This document shows positions 47,714-58,076 of a DNA stretch of 64,000 nucleotides, one piece after another; positions within the stretch are counted from its first letter, which is position 1; the number at the start of each line of letters is the position of its first letter. The notes beneath the pieces were generated by a model, which saw only the letters and a program-made list of their open reading frames with translations, was not told the DNA's origin and did no database searches. A program made the translations under genes and the position numbers. The stretch comes from Reclinomonas americana ATCC 50394 (Eukaryota). The DNA lies in assembly GCA_048213135.1 (NCBI GenBank), contig PS015010.1, forward strand, positions 1,240,001 through 1,304,000, written 5' to 3'.

Positions 47714-48784
47714 TTACCAGCGCATCAACCGGCGAATGAATACCGTAAGTTGTTCCGACATCTCTGCATGATCTTCGCGGCCGGGGTGGGCATCGCATCC
47801 CCTATTGTAGCTCTTTTTGAAAAAGAATGCCGCCACCTGTTTGTCCCCTTCTGTTGCCAGTGCTCTCTTCACTGCCGTAATATAACGAACGAGTACGTCA
47901 TTCAGCCTGGCATCCGCCATGGGGCTATTCAGCAGAACGATCTGCGCCTGTGGGTAATAACCCCGCAACCGCTGAACAAAGGTTACATAGGCTGAACAGA
48001 ATGCAGCGGAATCCTGTAAGCCATCGTTCTGCCCCAGGCATACCGTTATCACATCAGGCTGGTAGCGGCTGAAATCCCAGCGCAGGGAATCGTCATACAT
48101 GTTGACCTTATCAAATACGCCAGGCATTACTATCTTATGATTGCAGCAACTGTGTATCAAACCGATGCCGGACACCGAAGATAGCTGCCATTGGGCCTGC
48201 AGGGCTCTTGCCGTAAGCGGACCATAGGCATACCAGGCGCTGTGCTGGTCGTACCACTCTCCTTTTCCGCATGGCACTCCTCCTTCATCAATACCCATAC
48301 CGCAGGTGATCGAATCGCCGATGAACTCTATTTTCCGTCCAGGCTTCGGCGGTTGCTTCAGCAATTTTTCACAAATGATGCCCGTGGGTTCCAGGTACCC
48401 GATATTGGCCTCTGTGTTTTTGCAGATGATGATCCGGTGCTTTCCTTTTTTTAATCCTTCTGCCAACACGATCCTGTTCTCCCGCCCGTTTGTACGGATA
48501 CGTTTTGAAGGACCGTCATCTACTTTTATCTCAATATAATTGTGGGACTTCCCCCATTTTTCCTCGTCATTGAGCAGCAGGATGCAGTAGGTACCCTCGA
48601 AATGCAGGGTCATGTATACACCGGGCGACCAGAACCGCGGATAACCGGGCCTGGAGAAATCAACACGGCCGGTATAACCGATGCGGGGATGATCGGCTTT
48701 ATAAAATACGCTGTCGCGGGAACCCGCACAAACGCGGAAAGCAGACAGGGAAATAAGAAAAACAAGGAATAACCGGTAATGCAT
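47714..48784 (-). CDS. SGNH carbohydrate esterase, CE2-like (acetyl-mannan/xylan esterase)
   Basis: N-terminal beta domain, IEFIGDSITCG, SGIG, LGQND, DAHP. Confidence 0.8.
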   Translation of the reverse strand: MHYRLFLVFLISLSAFRVCAGSRDSVFYKADHPRIGYTGRVDFSRPGYPRFWSPGVYMTLHFEGTYCILLLNDEEKWGKSHNYIEIKVDDGPSKRIRTNGRENRIVLAEGLKKGKHRIIICKNTEANIGYLEPTGIICEKLLKQPPKPGRKIEFIGDSITCGMGIDEGGVPCGKGEWYDQHSAWYAYGPLTARALQAQWQLSSVSGIGLIHSCCNHKIVMPGVFDKVNMYDDSLRWDFSRYQPDVITVCLGQNDGLQDSAAFCSAYVTFVQRLRGYYPQAQIVLLNSPMADARLNDVLVRYITAVKRALATEGDKQVAAFFFKKSYNRGCDAHPGREDHAEMSEQLTVFIRRLMRW

Positions 48785-48804
48785 AGACGCAGATCGTTGA
48801 GTGA

Positions 48805-49680
48805 TTAAACAAATACCCTTTTTCCGGAAAGGTTTTCCCGGAATTCCTTGGGGGTGCAGCCTTTCTTCTTTTTAAATATCCTGTTGAAATTGGAGATGTT
48901 GTTGAACCCGCAGTGATAAGCCACCTCAGCGATGGCGTCCGTGGTGTCGATGAGTTTGCGGGAAGCATGCCCAAGCCTGACTTCAGTCAGACTGTCGATG
49001 AAACAAATACCCGTACGGCTTTTAAAGAACCTGCTGAACGAAACATCCGTCATGTTGGTCAGCCGGGCTGCTTCGGAAAGTGTTACCGGCCTGTCGAAAT
49101 TGGCATTGATGTATTCCATCACTTTTTCGATACGGCGGCTGTTGTAAGCAACTTCTGTACTGCTGAAAGTGGCGTCGGACAGTATGCGCATGTTCCGGGA
49201 AGTGGACAGGTCATGCAAAATCGACATCAGTTCAAGCACGGAATCAAAACCGTGTTTCTTTTTCAGCCGTACCAGCCTCGGGCTCACCTGCATGGCCGTT
49301 TCACGGGAGAACAGTATGCCTCTTTTCGACTTCTCCAGCATGTCATTGATGAAACGCAGCTGGTTGCGCCGCAGGAATTTTTCATCAAAAAGATCTTTAT
49401 GGAATTGAATGGTGACTTCGTGTATTTCCCTGCTCCTGCATTTGTGCGTTTCCCACACATGCGGCAGGCTGGTGCCGATCAGTACCAGTTCCCAATCGCC
49501 GATCTCTTCCATATGATCCCCTACCACCCTCCTGGCCCCTTTAGCGTTGGCTATAAAATTCAGTTCCAGTTCCTCGTGGTAATGCAGCGGGAAATCAAAT
49601 ACCGCCTTATTCCTGTCGAAAATGGTAAAACAATCGCCGTTGGTAAGCGGCGTTATCTCTTTCATTATATTTTCATGCAT
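48805..49680 (-). CDS. AraC family transcriptional regulator (cupin + HTH), divergent from susC
   Basis: PLHYHEELEL, C-terminal IAEVAYHCGFNNISNFNRIFKKKKGCTP. Confidence 0.93.
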   Translation of the reverse strand: MHENIMKEITPLTNGDCFTIFDRNKAVFDFPLHYHEELELNFIANAKGARRVVGDHMEEIGDWELVLIGTSLPHVWETHKCRSREIHEVTIQFHKDLFDEKFLRRNQLRFINDMLEKSKRGILFSRETAMQVSPRLVRLKKKHGFDSVLELMSILHDLSTSRNMRILSDATFSSTEVAYNSRRIEKVMEYINANFDRPVTLSEAARLTNMTDVSFSRFFKSRTGICFIDSLTEVRLGHASRKLIDTTDAIAEVAYHCGFNNISNFNRIFKKKKGCTPKEFRENLSGKRVFV

Positions 49681-49711
49681 GCAATCGCCGTTAAATAAAG
49701 TAAACAATTGA

Positions 49712-49858
49712 GTTAAAATAATACTATTACAAAAACCAGTACAATTAAGTAATAGCAATCATCCAAAACCCCTGTTATCAATGATAAAATAAAGGTTATT
49801 TTTTTATATGCCGGACAACCGGCGGAAAAAATACCATGAATGGATAAAATAGTATTAG
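49712..49858 (+). promoter_or_regulatory. Three direct repeats G[AT]TAAAATA..., candidate AraC operators
   Basis: gttaaaataatacta (49712), gataaaataaaggtt (49783), gataaaatagtatta (49843); TATTTTTG box at 49880-49887. Confidence 0.5.
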
Positions 49859-49903
49859 TATGAGAATTATATTCGGGGCTATTTTTGAACAAACATTCTT
49901 GCT

Positions 49904-52900
49904 ATGAGAAAAACACGGATCTATTCTGTTTTCCTGTTCCTGCTTTGCGTGGGGCTGTCCTTATCTTCCAGGGCCCAGGAAAAAAAGATCACCGGTACAA
50001 TCAGTGATGAAAAAGGCGAACCACTCTCCGGCGCCACCATCCTGGTCAAAAATACCAGCGTGAGCACAACTACCAGTAACAACGGTTCCTTCACTCTTTC
50101 AGTTCCTGCCGGCGGAAAAACACTTGTGGTGTCGTATGTAGGCATGGAAACACAGGAGCAGGCGATCGGTAACAAAACACATATCCGCTTATCCCTGAAA
50201 TCAACGGCCTCTACCCTTTCCGACGTGGTCATTATCGGCTACGGTTCGGTAAGGAAAACAGATCTGACCGGTGCGGTACAACGTATCAGCCGGGAAGATC
50301 TGCTTAAAGACGCTCCTGTTAACGCATTGCAGGCATTACAGGGAAAAATGGCCGGCGTTACCGTTACGCAGAATGACGGCGCTCCCGGCGCAGGCCTCAG
50401 TATCCGTGTAAGGGGTTCCAATTCCTTTTTAGGTGGTACCGAACCTTTGTATGTGATCGACGGTGTTCCTTATAATAACAGCAGCAGCGGCACTACTCCC
50501 TTATCCATTGGCGATGATGAGAAACAAACGCTGAATGCGCTTTCCTTTATCAATCCCAATGATATTGAATCAATCGACATCCTTCGCGATGCTTCCGCCA
50601 CGGCCATTTACGGATCGAGGGGCGCCAATGGCGTAGTGCTGATCACCACAAGAAAGGGCCGCAGCGGAAAAGACAGGGTGGAGTTCAACCTGACCGTAGG
50701 CATGGCCGAAGTATCAAAAATACTGGATGTATTATCTCCTTCTGAATATGCCGCTTACCAGAACCTGGCTTACAGGAATTCCAACAGGTACACGGGCACC
50801 AACTACAGTATCCCTTACCCGGGCGACTCACTTCCTGATCCGCAGAACCCCGGCAAAAAATATTATGCCAAAGGGCCGCAGGACTATGAGGGCAACGACA
50901 AAAGCTGGCAGCGGGAGATCTTCCGCCGGGCACTGTACCAGAATTACAGCGTCAATATTTCAGGAGGCGGAGAAGCGGGCAGTCACAGCCTTTCTTTCAA
51001 TTACCTGGACCAGGACGGTACGATCATGAACTCAGGTTACCAGCGGTTCGGTCTTTCCGTTAACCTCAACCGCAACATCAGCCGTATTTTTAAAGCGGGC
51101 ACCAGCACTTCGGTAACCTATTCCATCACCGATGGTGTAAAGACAGGTACCGACAAATCTGATGCTGCCAGCGCGGGAATCATTCGTTCCGCCATCACTT
51201 TCCCTTCCACGGCAGATGATCCACAACCTTATGATGGCGTGGGTGACGCTTTCATTACCAACCCATACATCTATGTAAATGATGTGCTCAATAAAGTGAA
51301 AGGCATCAATATCTTTTCATCCAATTTTGTGGAAGCCAACATCTCCCGTTCGCTGAAATTCAGGCAGAACGTTGGTTTCAACTATGCTTCCAGCAGCAGG
51401 GACCAATACTATCCCCGGACCGTATACGAAGGATTTGCCGTGAAAGGATGGGGACTGAAAGCAGACAATGTATGGAACAGCATCGTTTCGGAAAGCATTC
51501 TTTCCTTCAATAAAAAGATAAAACGCCACGACTTCAATGTAATGGGCGCCGGCACCTTTGAACGTACCAACGGGCAAAGCAAGAGAACGGAAGCCAAAAC
51601 ATTTCCGAATGATCTTTTACAGAATGAGAACATGGCATCCGCGGAAGTTGTGCTGCCCATCGTAACAAACCGTTATCAATCCACGCTGATCTCCTTCCTC
51701 GGACGTGTTAACTATACTTATAATGACCGCTACCTGCTGACTTTCTCTTATCGCCAGGATGGATCGAGCAAATTCGGTAAAGACAACAAATGGGCAGGTT
51801 TTTCTTCCGCTGCCATTGCCTGGAAAGTATCGAACGAAAAATTCATGCGCAGTATCAAAGCCATCAGCGATCTGAAAATACGTTTCAGTTATGGTCAAAC
51901 GGGCAACCAGGGTATCGGCTCCTATGCTTCGCTGGCAAAACTGAGCGTGTACAATTATCCGTTCAACGGAACCCTGCAAACAGGTTTGGCAAACGATCTT
52001 TATTCTGGTCCGCCCAACGAAAAGCTGAAGTGGGAAACCACAACGTCATACAACCTCGGTCTTGACCTTGGGCTCTTCAAAAACCGCATCACGCTTCATG
52101 TTGACGCGTATAAGAAAAAAACCGACAACCTGCTGCAGAATGTGATCACGCCTCCTTCCTCCGGTTTCCAGACGCAATTGCGTAATGCCGGTTCCATCGA
52201 GAATAAAGGCCTGGAGATCACCCTGGGCGCAGCCGTTATCCGCTCTTCCAAATTTGAGTGGAACACCAACTTCAACATCGCCTTCAACAGGAATAAGATA
52301 CTGAGCCTTGGCCCCGGCGTGCTGGAGCAATATGCCAGGAACATCTCTACAGGCGATGCGCCATTTATACAGATAGCCGGTCAGCCTATCGGTGCTTTGT
52401 ATGGTTTCCTCGAAGACGGTTATTATGACAATGAAGCCGAAGTAAGGGAAGATCCGCAATACACCAATCAATCCAATGATATCATCCGCCGGATGGTTGG
52501 CGAGGTGAAATACAGGAACCTCGACAAGGACCCTACTTCGATATCCAATAGTGACCGCACTTACATCGGCAATGTGAACCCCGATTATACTTTTGGCTTC
52601 ACCAATAATTTCAAATACAAAAGATTCGATCTCAGCATTTTTATCAATGGCGTTCAGGGTAACGACATCATCAACATGAACACCCGCTTCAACTCTAACC
52701 TCGGAACTAATAAGAACATCACGCAGGAAATGGCGGATGGCGCCTGGGTTGAAGGAGCCGACAATTCCAATGCGACCGGCCCCAAGATCATGCGCCAGTT
52801 CTTCAGGAACATGCTGTTTTCCAGGAGGTTTATTGAAGACGGCAGTTTTGTAAGGATCAAGAACATTACGCTGGGATATAATGTACCGGTGAAAATGAAA

Positions 52901-53077
52901 GGCCTGTCTGCCCTGCGTGTAGCCATCGGTGTAAACAATCTTTACACCTTCACCAAGTACACCGGCTACGATCCTGAGATCAACAGCTATGGCGATAACC
53001 CTGCCCTGTTTGGTGTGGATCTGGGCGGCTATCCCAATTCACGGACCTATAATCTTTCCCTGCGTTGCAATTTTTAA
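49904..53077 (+). CDS. susC: SusC/RagA family TonB-dependent transporter
   Basis: VVIIGYG, PLYVIDG, DASATAIYGSRGANGVVLITT, LKWETT, IEDGSFVRIKNITLGY. Confidence 0.97.
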   Translation: MRKTRIYSVFLFLLCVGLSLSSRAQEKKITGTISDEKGEPLSGATILVKNTSVSTTTSNNGSFTLSVPAGGKTLVVSYVGMETQEQAIGNKTHIRLSLKSTASTLSDVVIIGYGSVRKTDLTGAVQRISREDLLKDAPVNALQALQGKMAGVTVTQNDGAPGAGLSIRVRGSNSFLGGTEPLYVIDGVPYNNSSSGTTPLSIGDDEKQTLNALSFINPNDIESIDILRDASATAIYGSRGANGVVLITTRKGRSGKDRVEFNLTVGMAEVSKILDVLSPSEYAAYQNLAYRNSNRYTGTNYSIPYPGDSLPDPQNPGKKYYAKGPQDYEGNDKSWQREIFRRALYQNYSVNISGGGEAGSHSLSFNYLDQDGTIMNSGYQRFGLSVNLNRNISRIFKAGTSTSVTYSITDGVKTGTDKSDAASAGIIRSAITFPSTADDPQPYDGVGDAFITNPYIYVNDVLNKVKGINIFSSNFVEANISRSLKFRQNVGFNYASSSRDQYYPRTVYEGFAVKGWGLKADNVWNSIVSESILSFNKKIKRHDFNVMGAGTFERTNGQSKRTEAKTFPNDLLQNENMASAEVVLPIVTNRYQSTLISFLGRVNYTYNDRYLLTFSYRQDGSSKFGKDNKWAGFSSAAIAWKVSNEKFMRSIKAISDLKIRFSYGQTGNQGIGSYASLAKLSVYNYPFNGTLQTGLANDLYSGPPNEKLKWETTTSYNLGLDLGLFKNRITLHVDAYKKKTDNLLQNVITPPSSGFQTQLRNAGSIENKGLEITLGAAVIRSSKFEWNTNFNIAFNRNKILSLGPGVLEQYARNISTGDAPFIQIAGQPIGALYGFLEDGYYDNEAEVREDPQYTNQSNDIIRRMVGEVKYRNLDKDPTSISNSDRTYIGNVNPDYTFGFTNNFKYKRFDLSIFINGVQGNDIINMNTRFNSNLGTNKNITQEMADGAWVEGADNSNATGPKIMRQFFRNMLFSRRFIEDGSFVRIKNITLGYNVPVKMKGLSALRVAIGVNNLYTFTKYTGYDPEINSYGDNPALFGVDLGGYPNSRTYNLSLRCNF

Positions 53078-53097
53078 TTCATTCAAACTGATATACA

Positions 53098-54711
53098 ATG
53101 AAACGGATCACCACATGCTTTACGGTACTCATGGGCCTTGCCGCCCTGCTGGCAGTATCATCCTGTAAAAAGCAGCTGGAGGAAAAACCTTATTCCTTTA
53201 CTTCCCCGGAGAATTTTTACAAGAATGAAAGCGACGCCAAAGCAGCCATCAACGGCGTTTATAATGAACTGTACACCTATGATCTTTTTCTTCAGCCTTT
53301 CTGGAACATCAATATTCTTGATGACGATCATGTATCAGGGTCCGACTGGTTCCTGGGTACCACCGGAGCGGGTAACCCACAGGGTTATTTCGGATGGGAC
53401 CGCCCCTGGGTAGGCTGTTACATCATCATTGCCCGGGCCAATACCGTCCTGGAAAATGTGGTCAACATCAACCAGGATATTGATCCCGATATCAAAAAAC
53501 GTATTCTCGGCGAAGCTTATTTCCTGAGAGGCTGGGCCTATTTTCAACTGGTACAGTTATACGGCGGCGTGCCGTTACGGCTGAAAGCGCTTACCACAGA
53601 GAACCCGCAAACCAGTGTTCCCCGCTCCACTGTAAAAGAAACTTATGAAGTGGTGATTAATGATTTCAAGAAAGCGGAAGAAATGCTGTTCCCGGTAGGA
53701 CACGCCAAAGCTGGAGAACCCGGAAGGGTGACAAGAGGACTGGCGAAAGCTTTCCTCGCCAAGACCTACCTGACCATGGCTTCCGGTTCGCTGACAGGAA
53801 ACATCACTGTAAGGGGTGGCATGGACAATGGTCAATACTCTTATCCCAAATCCGTTGTTGCCGGTCTTGAAGGCCTCGACAGTAAAGCCTATTACACACT
53901 GGCCCGCGACAAAGCGCAGGAAGTGATCACCAGCAATGAATACAGTCTCTTTACCAATTGGAAAGACATCTGGGCCATTGCCGGCCGTAATAAGCAGGAA
54001 CACATGTGGGAACTGCAATCGCTGGCCGGATCAGCCTTTATCAATAACCTGCATGCCTATTTCGGCGCCAGTTCCGTATTCGGACAGGGTGCAGTTTGGA
54101 TGACCAATAACCATTATCTCGATTATGAAGACGCCGATAAGCGTGTACTCGTTGGCGTTACCCACAACTTCCGTACGTTACAGGGTACTTATATCTTCTA
54201 CCCCAGCTGGCAGGCAGCCTTGTACAAAGTGGTGAACGGCATTACGTATAACAACAGTGGCGGTACTACCGACAGGGCTTATGTGATCAAGTACAACAGC
54301 GTGGCAGACTCTACTGTTTCTAACAGCGACGCCTATTTCCCGCTGATGCGTTACTCCGAAGTGTACCTGATGGTGGCTGAAGCCGAGAACGAGATCAACG
54401 GCCCTACCAATGCCTATACACCGCTCAACGTGATCCGCACACGTGTCAGTGCATCTGCCGCACCCGCGGGCATGAACCAGGAGCAATTCCGCAGTTATGT
54501 ACTCGCCGAAAGGGCACGGGAGTTCGCATTGGAAGGCATCAGGCGTTTTGACCTGCTGAGATGGGGTGTGTACCTGCCGGTGATGAATAAGATCACCAGC
54601 GGGCAGAACAACATCTCCAAACTTCGTACGCTGAGGAATCTTTTATTGCCGATCCCGACCAATGAAATGAATTCCAATACTGCTATCACGGCCAATAATC
54701 CCGGATGGTAA
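53098..54711 (+). CDS. susD: SusD/RagB family glycan-binding lipoprotein
   Basis: Lipobox VSSC, GEAYFLRGWAYF.LV.LYGGVP, RYSEVYL, ERAREFALEG.RRFDL.R. Confidence 0.96.
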   Translation: MKRITTCFTVLMGLAALLAVSSCKKQLEEKPYSFTSPENFYKNESDAKAAINGVYNELYTYDLFLQPFWNINILDDDHVSGSDWFLGTTGAGNPQGYFGWDRPWVGCYIIIARANTVLENVVNINQDIDPDIKKRILGEAYFLRGWAYFQLVQLYGGVPLRLKALTTENPQTSVPRSTVKETYEVVINDFKKAEEMLFPVGHAKAGEPGRVTRGLAKAFLAKTYLTMASGSLTGNITVRGGMDNGQYSYPKSVVAGLEGLDSKAYYTLARDKAQEVITSNEYSLFTNWKDIWAIAGRNKQEHMWELQSLAGSAFINNLHAYFGASSVFGQGAVWMTNNHYLDYEDADKRVLVGVTHNFRTLQGTYIFYPSWQAALYKVVNGITYNNSGGTTDRAYVIKYNSVADSTVSNSDAYFPLMRYSEVYLMVAEAENEINGPTNAYTPLNVIRTRVSASAAPAGMNQEQFRSYVLAERAREFALEGIRRFDLLRWGVYLPVMNKITSGQNNISKLRTLRNLLLPIPTNEMNSNTAITANNPGW

Positions 54712-54740
54712 ACCTTTCAACAACCATTAACAACGAGTAT

Positions 54741-55766
54741 ATGAAAATACATTCCCTGTTCTTTTCAAAATTCGCCTTAGTTGTCTTGTGTGCAGTAACA
54801 CTGTTCACCAGTTGTAAAAAAGACGACACCGTGTGTAATGCCCCAACCATTACCGGTATTACCAGTCTGACCGACAGGACTACCCTGCTCACTTCCGTAA
54901 ATTACGGCGACTGGATCATGATTAAGGGTACCAACCTGCTCAGTACGACTAAAGTGGAATTCAACGGTGTTGCGGTATACGATTCGCTGCGCTATGCAAC
55001 CGATACCTCCATTACCGTGAAGATCCCTGCCAATCTCCCCGATCCGCTCAATAACCCGGTTAAGGTATTCACGGCATGCGGCGAAGCCACGCTGGATTTC
55101 CAGGTGAAGCAGCCCCTGCCGGTGATCACCAGTTTCGATCCGGCTGCAGGTAATTCCGGTACGGTAGTCACCATTACGGGCAACTACTTCAAAGGGCTTA
55201 CCGAAGTGCGGCTGGAATCCACCGTTGCCACTGTCATTTCCAGCACGCAAACAGAGATCAAGTTCACTGTTCCGGCAGGCATCAACTATGGTTATATCTA
55301 TGTGACCACACCTGTAGGCACCGTGAAATCCGCCAAGGTCTTCGGTCTTAAATACACCATATTCGATGATGCCATGTTTACCGGCTGGAGCAATACATCG
55401 TACAGCAGTACGTATGATATGAACCAGGCCACGATCGTAAGACGCGGCACCAAGGCCATACAGCATAAATTCAATGTGGGATTCGGTGCAGCCAGGTTCA
55501 CCAAATCGGCACCGGCATTGAGTACGAGCGGTTACACAGGTGTGAAGATCTCCATTTACGGTACTACCGGAACAGCCGGCAAGAAAGTAAGGGTCTCCAT
55601 TGTTTCGGGTTCCACGTATGACCTGTTGCTTACGGAAGGCGCATGGACGGATTACCAGGTACCCTTCACCAACCTGGGTAATCCGGCTACGATCACGGCC
55701 ATCACTTTCCAGGAATTCAGCGGCCTGGCATCGCTGATCTATATTGATGATGTGGGGCTCTATTAA
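54741..55766 (+). CDS. Surface glycan-binding lipoprotein (IPT/TIG domains + CBM-like C-terminus)
   Basis: Lipobox FTSC, two IPT repeats (P.IT.., VTITG..F), YIDDV C-terminus; follows susD. Confidence 0.8.
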   Translation: MKIHSLFFSKFALVVLCAVTLFTSCKKDDTVCNAPTITGITSLTDRTTLLTSVNYGDWIMIKGTNLLSTTKVEFNGVAVYDSLRYATDTSITVKIPANLPDPLNNPVKVFTACGEATLDFQVKQPLPVITSFDPAAGNSGTVVTITGNYFKGLTEVRLESTVATVISSTQTEIKFTVPAGINYGYIYVTTPVGTVKSAKVFGLKYTIFDDAMFTGWSNTSYSSTYDMNQATIVRRGTKAIQHKFNVGFGAARFTKSAPALSTSGYTGVKISIYGTTGTAGKKVRVSIVSGSTYDLLLTEGAWTDYQVPFTNLGNPATITAITFQEFSGLASLIYIDDVGLY

Positions 55767-55797
55767 GCGATTAGTTTTGGTTGATAATAATGTCCAC

Positions 55798-55821
55798 AAA
55801 GCCGGGAGCAGTCCCGGCTTT
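55798..55821 (+). terminator. Intra-PUL hairpin (terminator or mRNA stabiliser)
   Basis: aaagccggga-gcag-tcccggcttt. Confidence 0.6.
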
Positions 55822-55835
55822 ATAAACTTCCGGTC

Positions 55836-56921
55836 ATGATGCGTTTGATGGTATGTTGTTTATTGTTTTGCTGCTCTGTCTCGTTTGCCCAAACCCGGCA
55901 AACCCGGAATCTTATTGTGGTTACGTTTGATGGTTTCCGGTGGCATGAATTGTTCGCTGGCGCCGATTCCGTTAACCTGTTTGGCAAGTCCTTCAATACA
56001 CAGGACTCCGCCTGGCGGGTAAAAAAATACTGGGCTGAGGATACCATTGCCAGGAGAAAGAAGCTGATGCCTTTCTTCTGGAATACCATCGCCGTAAAAG
56101 GACAGGTATTCGGCAATCGTGGTTATGGTAATTTTGTGAATGTGACCAACCGCTATTGGTTCTCCTACCCCGGGTACAACGAGATCTTTACAGGATACCC
56201 CGATACAGCCATCAATTCCAATTCCTTTGGACCCAATCCCAACATCAATGTACTGGAGTTCATCAACCGGCAGCCGGGGTATGAAGGCAAAGTGGCCAGT
56301 TTCAGTTCCTGGGATGCCTTCCCTAAAATATTGAATGAAAAAAGAAGCGGGCTCGTCATCAATTCCGGGTTTGCGAATTTCAGGGCCGATAGCCTCAGTC
56401 CCGTTCAGCAGGCATTGAACGAATTGCAGCACTGGTTACCCAAAGTATACGGTGGAGGCGAAAGACACGACGGCATTACCTATGCACTGGCAAAAGAATA
56501 CATCAAACAAGATCATCCCCGTGTGCTGCACCTGGCCTTTATTGAAACAGACGCTACAGCGCATGATGGTAAATATGATTATTACCTTGATGCTGCGCAT
56601 TACAACGATGCCATGCTGGCCGACCTCTGGAACCTTTTGCAAAACGATCCGTTTTATAGGGACCAGACTACACTGGTCATTGCAGAAGATCATGGACGCG
56701 GATATGGAACCGACTGGCGGCATCATTACCATACCGTGCCGCATTCCAATGAGATATTTTTTGCCGTGATGGGGCCCGACACACAACCCCTCGGTGAAAG
56801 AAAAGAAAGAATGCAATTGTACCAGCAGCAGTTTGCACAAACCATCGCCAGCTTCATGGGAATGACATTCACAGGAAGCCACGAAGCCGGCAAACCCATT
56901 ACATCCGTATTACCGAGATAA
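55836..56921 (+). CDS. Secreted alkaline-phosphatase-superfamily metalloenzyme (phosphoglyceromutase-like)
   Basis: VTFDGFRW, FSYPGY, ETDATAH, EDHGRG metal ligands; signal peptide. Confidence 0.8.
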   Translation: MMRLMVCCLLFCCSVSFAQTRQTRNLIVVTFDGFRWHELFAGADSVNLFGKSFNTQDSAWRVKKYWAEDTIARRKKLMPFFWNTIAVKGQVFGNRGYGNFVNVTNRYWFSYPGYNEIFTGYPDTAINSNSFGPNPNINVLEFINRQPGYEGKVASFSSWDAFPKILNEKRSGLVINSGFANFRADSLSPVQQALNELQHWLPKVYGGGERHDGITYALAKEYIKQDHPRVLHLAFIETDATAHDGKYDYYLDAAHYNDAMLADLWNLLQNDPFYRDQTTLVIAEDHGRGYGTDWRHHYHTVPHSNEIFFAVMGPDTQPLGERKERMQLYQQQFAQTIASFMGMTFTGSHEAGKPITSVLPR

Positions 56922-56933
56922 GAAGCAACGAAC

Positions 56934-58067
56934 ATGAAGAAACAGCACATACTGAGAAATATTTTAGCCTCCTGCTTAACTATGCTGACGGTATTCGCTC
57001 ATGCCCAACAGCTGAGCGACCCGTTGGCAACTGCAGCAACCCGGCATCTTTACAAAAAACTGTACGCACTGAAAGACAGCCACTGCATCTTTGGTCACCA
57101 GGACGACCTGGCATACGGCGTGCAATGGAAATACAAGCCAGGCAAAAGCGATGTAAAGGATGTAACACAGGACTACCCGGGCCTTTATGGCTGGGACCTG
57201 GGTCATATCGAACTGGACTCCTCCCGCAACCTCGATGGTATTCCCTTCTCCTCCATGAAGGCGTTTATCCGTGAAGGCTATGAACGCGGAGGTGCCATTA
57301 CCATCAGCTGGCATTTTCGCAACCCGCTCACCGGTGGCTCGGCATGGGATACCACGCATGGCGCTGTGGAATCGATATTGCCGGGTGGCGCCAAACATGA
57401 GTTATATAAATCATGGCTCAATAAAGTGGCTGATTTTATTCAGGACCTGAAAGGCAGAAACGGGGAAGCTATTCCCGTGCTGTTCCGCCCCTTTCATGAA
57501 CTCACCGGCAACTGGTTCTGGTGGTGTAAAAACACTTGTTCTCCTGAAGCCTTCAAAGCACTGTGGCGATTCACGGCAGACTACCTGCGAAAAGAGAAAC
57601 AACTGCACAACCTGGTGCTGGTCTACAATACAGCAGACTACTTAACCGAAGCCGATTTTCTTGAACGCTATCCCGGTGATGATGCCGTGGACATGGTAAG
57701 TTTTGATATGTACCAGTTTACCGGGCAAAGCAGGAAACAGTTCATCGGGAATGCCCGCCACGAATTGAAGATATTATGTGATGTAGCAAAGAAGAAAAAC
57801 AAGATCGCCGCGTTTGCGGAAACAGGTTATGAAGCCATACCCGATGCGCAATGGTGGACAAAGGCGCTGATGCCGGTTTTACAGGGATACCCCATCTCCT
57901 ATGTACTCGTATGGCGCAATGCCGGGTATATGGAATCGATGAAAAAAATGCATTACTATGCCCCTTATCCCAAACAGGTATCCGCAGCGGATTTCAGGAG
58001 AATGTACAACTCCGGAAAATTCCTTTTTGGTAAAGGCATCCGCAACAAAAAAATATATCAACCCTAA
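56934..58067 (+). CDS. GH26 beta-mannanase / mannobiohydrolase
   Basis: FGHQDD, TISWH, FRPFHE..GNWFWW (acid/base), YPGDD.VD, FAETG (nucleophile), VWRN. Confidence 0.93.
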   Translation: MKKQHILRNILASCLTMLTVFAHAQQLSDPLATAATRHLYKKLYALKDSHCIFGHQDDLAYGVQWKYKPGKSDVKDVTQDYPGLYGWDLGHIELDSSRNLDGIPFSSMKAFIREGYERGGAITISWHFRNPLTGGSAWDTTHGAVESILPGGAKHELYKSWLNKVADFIQDLKGRNGEAIPVLFRPFHELTGNWFWWCKNTCSPEAFKALWRFTADYLRKEKQLHNLVLVYNTADYLTEADFLERYPGDDAVDMVSFDMYQFTGQSRKQFIGNARHELKILCDVAKKKNKIAAFAETGYEAIPDAQWWTKALMPVLQGYPISYVLVWRNAGYMESMKKMHYYAPYPKQVSAADFRRMYNSGKFLFGKGIRNKKIYQP

Positions 58068-58076
58068 CTACTATAC

